A program made the translations under genes and the position numbers. Shown piece after piece: positions 13,525 to 20,433 of a stretch of DNA of 32,000 bases; within the stretch, counting starts at the first letter, position 1; each line of letters begins with the position of its first letter. The DNA is taken from contig JAQTTP010000002.1 in NCBI GenBank assembly GCA_028710695.1, positions 92,373 to 124,372 on the forward strand, read 5' to 3'. Origin of the DNA: Candidatus Iainarchaeum sp. (GTDB lineage: Archaea; Iainarchaeota; Iainarchaeia; Iainarchaeales; 0-14-0-20-30-16). Below the pieces are notes generated by a model. That model was not told the DNA's origin. It searched no databases and worked only from the letters and a program-made list of their open reading frames with translations.

Positions 13525-15205
13525 AATCCACTACTTTCTTGAATGCACTATAATCTACATATCCGCCAACTATTGCGTTGCCAACAATAAATGCTGGAGT
13601 CCCATTTAACCCCAAATTGGATGCGAAATCAGCAATATTTGTCAATTCTAAGTTGTATGTAGTTCCATTGTAACAAGTGTCAAATTTAGTTAAATCTAAT
13701 CCTACTTGTTGTGCAACATCCTTTACAACATTAGCATCATACCCTTCTTCAGTAGTAATAAATATTTTTTCATGGTATTGCCAATACTTGCCTTGCTCCG
13801 CAGCACACATTGCTGCCAAAGATGCTAAATGAGCTGTTGGGTGTAAATCAGCAATTGGGTGTTGTAGGTAGTAAAAGTTTACCTTTCCAGCATCAATATA
13901 TTCGTTCTTAAGTTTTCCATAATTGTTTTTGTTGAATTCTCTACACCAAGGACATTGATAATCTGAAAATTCAATTATTGTTACTTTTGCATCTTTACTT
14001 CCTATTGAGTAGTCTTGTGACAAATTCTTTGCAAAGTCTGCCAAGTCAACTAAATAGTAGTAACCTTGAATTCCAACTGCTGCCATTGTCTGAGTCTTAT
14101 ATAGGCCCAATACGTTGTTATCTGTGTCTATATAAGGAGCAATATTTTCATAAAATGGACTTTCAGTAATTTGTCCTTCAAATACATATGCAGGAAGCAT
14201 TTCTATGCCCAAGTCTGAAATAAGTTTTTTTCCAGCAACACTATCTGCATCAACTATTTCGTCAGTAATTGAATAGTAATAATCAAACACTTCAAAAGGA
14301 TTTACATTTTGTTGCTCAAAATAGTCCAAACCAACTTTACCAATTATTTTTACAGTCATTGCTGGCTTTATTGGCTTTCCTAAATTTACATTCTGAACAA
14401 CTGAATCTATAATGTCTAAAGCAAACTTCTCGCCGTCATAAACAAACATAGGGTCTAAGCTCATGAAACCATTCAAAGCAATTGTTTGGAACTGTGAGTC
14501 AACCATGTTTTTCTTGTCTTCTGATTTATAACAAGCATCAAACTTTGTTTTGTCTAAGCCTAATTGAGTAACATAAGAGTTTATTTTTTCGTCAGTATAA
14601 ATTCCAGGAAGCTGTTGTAGATAGTAGTATTTACTAGAATAATATCCAACTGATGTTGCCCCATTGTGATCTTTGTTTGCATTTGTTAATAATAAATCGA
14701 TCATTTCTTTTTCTTTTCCTTGATCTTTAGCACATAATTCTGCTATTTTTGCATTCTTTCCTTCTTTAAAATCAAATCCGCCCAAACTCTTTGAGCTTTC
14801 TATTCCACCATATAGTTCAAACTTTATATCCACACCAGGATATTTTGCAACTAATGACTTATAATTCAAATCATAAAATGCTGCTGTGCTTGGAGACAGA
14901 TAATCCCCATATAAAGTAAATATTACCTTATCTGAAACTATTTCTGTATTATTATCATCAGTTGGTTTTACTTCTTTATTTCCAAAAGCAAAAGCCAAAC
15001 CAATTACTACAATTATTACTATTATTAATCCAAGTATAAAGTATTGATTTGTAAAAATTTGTTTTAATTTGCTGCAATCACAGCTTTTACAACATTTTTT
15101 TGGTTCTTCAACAGTTTCTGCTGTTTTTGTATCTATTTTTTTTACGGGTTTTTCAGTCTTTTTTTCCACTTTCTTTACAACTTTACTTTTCTTCTTAACT
15201 ACCAT
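13502..15205 (-). CDS. Membrane-anchored tandem DsbA-like protein (N-terminal domain lacks CxxC, C-terminal domain has CPWC)
   Basis: K-rich N-terminus carrying CCKSCDC, then one TM. The C-terminal domain has EFSDYQCPWCREF...AAMCAAEQGKYWQYH...KFDTCY...LNGTPAFIV (DsbA/Thioredoxin_4-like). The upstream domain repeats this pattern (GDYLSPSTAAF...AELCAKDQGK...KFDACY...LNGFMSLDPMFV), with SPST in place of CxxC. AAGGTGA lies 4 nt before the ATG. Confidence 0.75.
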   Translation of the reverse strand: MVVKKKSKVVKKVEKKTEKPVKKIDTKTAETVEEPKKCCKSCDCSKLKQIFTNQYFILGLIIVIIVVIGLAFAFGNKEVKPTDDNNTEIVSDKVIFTLYGDYLSPSTAAFYDLNYKSLVAKYPGVDIKFELYGGIESSKSLGGFDFKEGKNAKIAELCAKDQGKEKEMIDLLLTNANKDHNGATSVGYYSSKYYYLQQLPGIYTDEKINSYVTQLGLDKTKFDACYKSEDKKNMVDSQFQTIALNGFMSLDPMFVYDGEKFALDIIDSVVQNVNLGKPIKPAMTVKIIGKVGLDYFEQQNVNPFEVFDYYYSITDEIVDADSVAGKKLISDLGIEMLPAYVFEGQITESPFYENIAPYIDTDNNVLGLYKTQTMAAVGIQGYYYLVDLADFAKNLSQDYSIGSKDAKVTIIEFSDYQCPWCREFNKNNYGKLKNEYIDAGKVNFYYLQHPIADLHPTAHLASLAAMCAAEQGKYWQYHEKIFITTEEGYDANVVKDVAQQVGLDLTKFDTCYNGTTYNLELTNIADFASNLGLNGTPAFIVGNAIVGGYVDYSAFKKVVDYELSQSK

Positions 15206-15338
15206 AGAATCACCTTAGAATTAGTGTATTTTATATAATAAAGAATAAATAATATAAAGTATTTGGTAAAAATGCAATGGGAAACCAGGCGTAAAATATA
15301 TAAACCCACGCAAGTAGGTTTAAAAACCCGCCGAAATG

Positions 15339-15349
15339 TTTATATATAA
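15339..15349 (+). promoter_or_regulatory. TATA box candidate for tfb (TTTATATATAA)
   Basis: Preceded by the purine-rich stretch CCGAAATG (BRE-like). It is about 66 nt upstream of ATG 15415, and an AGGAG sits 9 nt before that ATG. A second TATA-like AAAATATATAAA occurs at 15293-15304. Confidence 0.5.
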
Positions 15350-15414
15350 CTTTCAATCCAAAGATATATGATTACTAATTATTTGTAATTCTAAAATCCT
15401 TAGGAGTGGTATTA

Positions 15415-16380
15415 ATGGTGGCTACCTGCCCGTCATGTAATTCAAAAAATATTAAAAAAGACAAAGACAAAGGAGAAGTTATTTGCTACGATTGTGGTAA
15501 TGTTTTCGAGGACAACATAAATTTAGCAAAAGAATGGAGAACTTTCGATTCTAGCGAATACAACAAAAAAGCAAGATCAGGAAGCCCAATGCAGTATTCT
15601 AAACTAAATAAAGGTATTTCCACCATGATTGAAATGGGTGGAAGAGATGCAAGAGGAAACAAGCTATCAAGCGACACAAAAGCACAGATGTACAGAATAG
15701 CAAGATGGCACAAGAGAACAACTGTTTCAAACTCCTTGCAGAGAAACCTTTCTATTGCTTTAACAGAGCTTAGGAGAATAGCGTCATACTTAAACATCCC
15801 TGAGCCACTAATAGAAAAAGCGGCTTTGCTTTACAGAAAGACTGTAGACAAGGAACTAATTAGAGGAAGATTGATTGAGTCCGTTGTTGCTGCTGTTCTT
15901 TATGCTGTTTGTAGAGAATCAAATGTTCCAAGAACTCTAAACGAAATGGCTGAAGCTTCAGGAATAAGCAAAAAGGATATTGGAAGAACATACAGGTTCT
16001 TAACTAAAGAGCTTGAATTAAATGTTCCTTTAACAAACCCAATATACTATATTCCAAGGTTCACTTCAGAACTTGGTTTAAGCGGAGAAGTCCAAGAAGA
16101 AGCAAGAAAGACTTTACAGAAAGCAATAGACCAAGGATTAATTTCTGGAAGAGGCCCAACTGGTGTAGCTGCTGCTGCAGTTTACATCGCTGCTTTGATT
16201 AAGGGAGAAAGAAGAACCCAGAAGCAAGTAGCAAATGTTGCAGGGGTAACAGAAGTTACAATTAGGAACAGATATAGAGAACTTAAAGAAAGATTGGGCT
16301 TAGAAGTCGAAGATGACTTCATAAACGTAGGCGGCCCAGATACAGAAATAGTAACTGATGAAAGCAAAAAGAAGCTATAA
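15415..16380 (+). CDS. tfb: Transcription initiation factor B (TFB/TFIIB)
   Basis: N-terminal Zn ribbon CPSCNS...CYDCG. Two cyclin-fold repeats with the typical IRGRLIESVVAAVLYAVCRE and GRGPTGVAAAAVYIAA blocks. ATG at 15415 is preferred over the track's GTG at 15406. Confidence 0.95.
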   Translation: MVATCPSCNSKNIKKDKDKGEVICYDCGNVFEDNINLAKEWRTFDSSEYNKKARSGSPMQYSKLNKGISTMIEMGGRDARGNKLSSDTKAQMYRIARWHKRTTVSNSLQRNLSIALTELRRIASYLNIPEPLIEKAALLYRKTVDKELIRGRLIESVVAAVLYAVCRESNVPRTLNEMAEASGISKKDIGRTYRFLTKELELNVPLTNPIYYIPRFTSELGLSGEVQEEARKTLQKAIDQGLISGRGPTGVAAAAVYIAALIKGERRTQKQVANVAGVTEVTIRNRYRELKERLGLEVEDDFINVGGPDTEIVTDESKKKL

Positions 16381-16383
16381 AAC

Positions 16384-16405
16384 TTCTTTTCTTTTTTTAT
16401 TTTTT
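16384..16405. terminator. Oligo-T tract between the convergent tfb and 16418-17260 genes
   Basis: Sequence is TTCTTTTCTTTTTTTATTTTTT, starting 4 nt after the tfb stop. Archaeal RNA polymerase terminates at oligo-T runs (established knowledge). Confidence 0.5.
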
Positions 16406-16417
16406 ATGCATAGAGGA

Positions 16418-17260
16418 TTATTTTGGCTTTCTTAAATGTTCTATCCAAACTCTAAACTTTGATTTTTTAGGGGGCTCTAACTTTTTTGCTAGTCTTTCGT
16501 GATCTTTTCTTAAACTTTCAAGAAGCCCAGAATCTGATAATCTTTTTAAATGGTCTCCAATTACAAATTTGTTTTCTTTTTTTAGCAATTTCAAAAGTCT
16601 TTGTCCAGCAAATATACTTAACTCTCTGCCAAATAATAACTGATTTGTTGCAACAAAATTTAACACATCCAAATTATTGAGAACGCCCACAGACCTCAAT
16701 ACAGATCTTTTTTTATTTGCGCCCTTCCACCATATTGATTTTTTTGTTTCTTTCAAAAGGACCTCAGGGACATTTGGATTCAAACAAATAGCTATTTGAG
16801 TATCTAAACTTGCGTCATGTATCCGAGAAACTAGCCCATTTAAAATTTTTTCTTTGTTTTGAGGAGAAATAACTGTTTCTTGAGGATCAAATAACATTTT
16901 TTTTATGATGCTTGCACCATCTATATTTGCTATTTCTTTTGGATCAAGATTTGTTAATCTCGCAAATAATTGACTTTCGGCATAAAATACATAAACATCT
17001 GTATGGTTTGGGTTCTTTGCTTGTTCATACAAGGTAGCCAGGTCCATAAACTTAAGCCCCAATATTTCATCGGCATCATGTACATTTTTTATGACCCCAC
17101 CTTCAGTTTTAATATGTATAGGTGGTAATGGCCAATTATCTACCCTTATTATACCCCTATGATCAGTAAAAACTACTTTTTGTTTGCCAGAAACTGCCTT
17201 TATTCTTGCGTCAGGATATGTTTTCTTAAATTCTGCCCAGCCATCATCACGACGTTCCAT
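16418..17260 (-). CDS. Hypothetical protein, 280 aa, no recognisable catalytic motif
   Basis: Long ORF with ATG at 17260, 23 nt downstream of the Nudix gene. The C-terminal half looks alpha-helical and repeat-like (ICLNPNVPEVLLKE...), with a basic C-terminus. It is the last gene of the pilus-2 co-directional run. Confidence 0.6.
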   Translation of the reverse strand: MERRDDGWAEFKKTYPDARIKAVSGKQKVVFTDHRGIIRVDNWPLPPIHIKTEGGVIKNVHDADEILGLKFMDLATLYEQAKNPNHTDVYVFYAESQLFARLTNLDPKEIANIDGASIIKKMLFDPQETVISPQNKEKILNGLVSRIHDASLDTQIAICLNPNVPEVLLKETKKSIWWKGANKKRSVLRSVGVLNNLDVLNFVATNQLLFGRELSIFAGQRLLKLLKKENKFVIGDHLKRLSDSGLLESLRKDHERLAKKLEPPKKSKFRVWIEHLRKPK

Positions 17261-17283
17261 CTATACCACAAACACAAATTAAT

Positions 17284-17721
17284 TTATTTTTTTCCACCAA
17301 TCTGTCCAAGCATTATTATACCCATATAACTCTTAATCATTTTCATATGGTCAAAACCAATTTCGTGTTTTCCTAAATCATCAATAGAAATCCAATCTAT
17401 ACTTTCAAAGTCATCTTCTTTTATTTGTTTTTTTCCACCAGACCAAACACAAATGTAGACCATACTTACATAATGCCCCCTGGGATCTCTTGTAGGATCA
17501 TCATAAGCCCCCAAAGTAGCAATTACATTAACATCATATCCTGTTTCTTCTTTTATTTCTCTTATTATTGCATTTCTTGTTGTTTCACCATATTCCACAA
17601 GTCCGCCTGGCAAAACATATTTTCCACTAAACGGATCTTTCTTTTTTTTCAAAAGTAAAATTTTGTTATTTTGCATAACAATACCGTCAACGCAAAGTAT
17701 TGGTCTTTTTGTTTCAGTCAT
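17284..17721 (-). CDS. Nudix hydrolase
   Basis: Complete Nudix box GLVEYGETTRNAIIREIKEETGY, matching Gx5Ex7REUxEExGU. Confidence 0.9.
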   Translation of the reverse strand: MTETKRPILCVDGIVMQNNKILLLKKKKDPFSGKYVLPGGLVEYGETTRNAIIREIKEETGYDVNVIATLGAYDDPTRDPRGHYVSMVYICVWSGGKKQIKEDDFESIDWISIDDLGKHEIGFDHMKMIKSYMGIIMLGQIGGKK

Positions 17722-17741
17722 TTTTTCACGCTCCGCAGATA

Positions 17742-18173
17742 TTATCCAAACAAGATTTCACAATGAATAGGACAATTGCCCACATTTGGATTACAGGTAA
17801 TTGTAACTTTAGTTTCCACATCATTCTGAGTAACTAATCCAGAGTCAATCTTCTTAAAAACAGACTTGTTAGAATTGAGGACGAGGCAGTCTTGTGTTAG
17901 CCCAGTCTCCTCTTCAAAATATTTAAAAGTGAAATAGGTCTCTTTAGGTATTATCACTTTATCAATAACGTATGGCTCTCCGGTTGGTGCCTTTACTGCA
18001 TATTTTATATTGCTTACAAGAGATTCATTTGAAAGATACACTTTCTGATTTTCTGTTTTCTCAATTAAAACAAGAATAATTCCAAGAATAACAGCCCCAA
18101 TTACAGCACCGACAAGCAATTTAAAGATAAAATCCTCTTGGCCTTTTTTGTTTCTTAAAAAGTCAAAGTTCAT
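17742..18173 (-). CDS. Type IV pilin-like protein with class III signal peptide
   Basis: From ATG at 18173 the sequence is MNFDFLRNKKG|QEDFIFKLLVGAVIGAVILGIILVLI. This is a basic n-region, a KG|Q prepilin-peptidase-type site and a hydrophobic helix. The C-terminus carries 4 Cys (DCLVLN...ITCNPNVGNCPIHC). The ATG is 1 nt after the stop of the platform gene; the track's start at 18182 is a TTG. Confidence 0.6.
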   Translation of the reverse strand: MNFDFLRNKKGQEDFIFKLLVGAVIGAVILGIILVLIEKTENQKVYLSNESLVSNIKYAVKAPTGEPYVIDKVIIPKETYFTFKYFEEETGLTQDCLVLNSNKSVFKKIDSGLVTQNDVETKVTITCNPNVGNCPIHCEILFG

Positions 18174-18174
18174 G

Positions 18175-20433
18175 TCAACCAAACCCTGAAACCATCATTC
18201 CTGCTACTACAGAAGATATTATGAATACCACCACCGCAATAGGAATTGTTTTTGCAATTAGTAATTTTGTTTGCAAAGAGTTATCTTCTAAAATCAAACT
18301 AACAAAGTAGGATAATATTATTACAATTAAAATTACATTTATAGTAATAATAATCATAAAGGCACCAGGAGTTGCAATGTTTCCAATTGCACTTGTGTTA
18401 AATGAAGTGGAAAGCTTTGAAAAGTCCAAACTTGACAAACCCTCCGGCATATTTTCCCCCATTTTTGACATCCCTTCTCCAAGCCCAGAAGAGGTTAAAG
18501 AATAAAGAGTCAACACAATTATTTTTTGTAGACTAACTGTGATTCCCAAAACAGCTGGCGCAATAAATGTTGCCATTGTTGCAAGCATTTCAGAAATATC
18601 AGAAATAACTTTTTTTATCAGCTGTTTAATTTCTAAAACATTTTTTATCTGTATTGATATGGATATTGCTGTCTTTGATGCAGTATGTGGGCCCAACGTT
18701 ACTGAATCCCCCATTATCTTTAAAGAATTATTTAGTTGCATAGAGGGGTTGTGTTTCATAGAACCAAAAACAGGATCAAACATTGCTTGTTCTAATGGCA
18801 ACCCAAGCAAATTAATATTATCCAAAGTTTTTGCAAATAAATCTTGACAAATAGTTAACTCAGGGAAAAAGTCTTTTGTCTTTTGCAAGGCATCTTCAAT
18901 TGGCTTTCCTTCTGCCAACCTAGAAGCTAAAATGTACAAGACCTCCCTAAATTCATCTTCCATTTTCACATAATAATCTTGGATTTTCTTTTTGTAAATT
19001 GCAGAGAAATAAAAATACACAAATATGATTAATGCAATAGTCAATGCCATTCCATAAATCACAAAGTAAGGGGTGGTATCATGCCCTGGCTGCATCATAA
19101 ACAGCATCTTCTGAGCCCTAATTTCTCCAGCCAATGCTTCTGGATCACTTGCTACTTCTGCACCTTTATTAGCTAACAAAAAGTTCGTTGCTTGCAAAAC
19201 AAAGTATGACTCTGGGTCTTTAACAAACTCGTCTGGGAACTGCTCTGCTTGCATAACTTTTGCTAAAGTAGTTCCTAATGATAGTTGTAATAATACAGAT
19301 AATACTATTCCAACAATAAAAATAATTGCGATTACAACTCTAATATCAATTTGTACTTTCCCAATTCTCATATTATTTTTCTTTGGAAGCCCAGGATAGG
19401 TATCTGGAATCACTGGAGGCTTATAGATTCTTGGAACCTTTTTGATAATATAGAGTGCAAATATAAAACAGATTCCTGGAATTAAAATATCATAAAGTAT
19501 AACTAAAACCCAAGGTTTAGCAAATGGCAAATTTGCAAACACAGACCCAATTGGAAGAATAACAATTAATAACAGAGGAAGTAAAACACCAACATAGAAT
19601 AATACTAGTGATGGCTGTGACAAAGATCTTGCATACCCTTCCATTTTTATCTTTATAGAATCCAAAACAGAGCTTATACTTTTGTCCAACATATCTGCTC
19701 TTTTTTCTTCATCATCTTCAACCATAGAAGATTTTATTAGCATTATTGCTTCTTTAAATTCTGGAGAATAAACTTTCCATCTATAAGCCAATACTTCTAG
19801 CCCTTCTCCAATAGTATTATGTACTCCAATATGGGTGTTCCACAATACTTTTTTCAAATCATCTGCAAGCTTTCCTTTTCCACGCAATGCAGCAAAATTC
19901 ACTGCTTTCTCTAAGTTAGAGCTAAGCTTCATAGACATTGCCAAATAGCTTATTATTTCTGGAACGTAAGACAATGCTGCCCTTGCTTCCTGTTCTGCAG
20001 CAATTATTGGATACCGCATAAAAAAATAAATAATTCCCGTTGCAGCCCCACCAAACACTACTAACAAAATAATTATAATGTAAAAAGTTCCTAAAGAAGA
20101 TGCTAACAAAGAACCAAGGATAAAATATCCTATTATCATCAACACAATTGCAATAACTATTGAAAAAACAGTTACTGTTTTTATTCCCGCGTTCAGGTCT
20201 TCTGGTCTAATATTCCAACCTAAAAAATCCAATGCCTCTTGATATTCTTTAGATATTTTACTATCTTTAAAATTAGGAAACTGCTTTGAAAATTTCTTAC
20301 AAAGTGAAACATACCAGTTGTCTTTTTCAATTTGGGGCTTTTCTTCGTCCTCGAATTTTATTTCTTCCCCTTTTATTCCCTTGTACAACTTACCAAGATT
20401 AATTTCAGGCATGTTTAGATCACTTTCTGTCAT
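18175..20433 (-). CDS. Polytopic type IV pilus platform protein (FlaJ/PilC-like, two T2SSF-like cytoplasmic domains), 752 aa
   Basis: Two helical cytoplasmic domains, each flanked by TM clusters: ISYLAMSMKLSSNLEKAVNFAALRGKGKLADDLKKVLW... and EFREVLYILASRLAEGKPIEDALQKTKDFFPEL... The start at 20433 overlaps the ATPase gene by 14 nt. An alternative ATG is at 20412. Confidence 0.65.
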   Translation of the reverse strand: MTESDLNMPEINLGKLYKGIKGEEIKFEDEEKPQIEKDNWYVSLCKKFSKQFPNFKDSKISKEYQEALDFLGWNIRPEDLNAGIKTVTVFSIVIAIVLMIIGYFILGSLLASSLGTFYIIIILLVVFGGAATGIIYFFMRYPIIAAEQEARAALSYVPEIISYLAMSMKLSSNLEKAVNFAALRGKGKLADDLKKVLWNTHIGVHNTIGEGLEVLAYRWKVYSPEFKEAIMLIKSSMVEDDEEKRADMLDKSISSVLDSIKIKMEGYARSLSQPSLVLFYVGVLLPLLLIVILPIGSVFANLPFAKPWVLVILYDILIPGICFIFALYIIKKVPRIYKPPVIPDTYPGLPKKNNMRIGKVQIDIRVVIAIIFIVGIVLSVLLQLSLGTTLAKVMQAEQFPDEFVKDPESYFVLQATNFLLANKGAEVASDPEALAGEIRAQKMLFMMQPGHDTTPYFVIYGMALTIALIIFVYFYFSAIYKKKIQDYYVKMEDEFREVLYILASRLAEGKPIEDALQKTKDFFPELTICQDLFAKTLDNINLLGLPLEQAMFDPVFGSMKHNPSMQLNNSLKIMGDSVTLGPHTASKTAISISIQIKNVLEIKQLIKKVISDISEMLATMATFIAPAVLGITVSLQKIIVLTLYSLTSSGLGEGMSKMGENMPEGLSSLDFSKLSTSFNTSAIGNIATPGAFMIIITINVILIVIILSYFVSLILEDNSLQTKLLIAKTIPIAVVVFIISSVVAGMMVSGFG

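Noticed and set aside
15210-15241. A confident promoter call for the DsbA-like gene (minus-strand TTATATAA at 15231-15238)
   Set aside because: The spacing would put the transcription start at or past the AAGGTGA Shine-Dalgarno sequence (15210-15216), so the two signals conflict. I cannot decide between a leaderless and an SD-led transcript from sequence alone.
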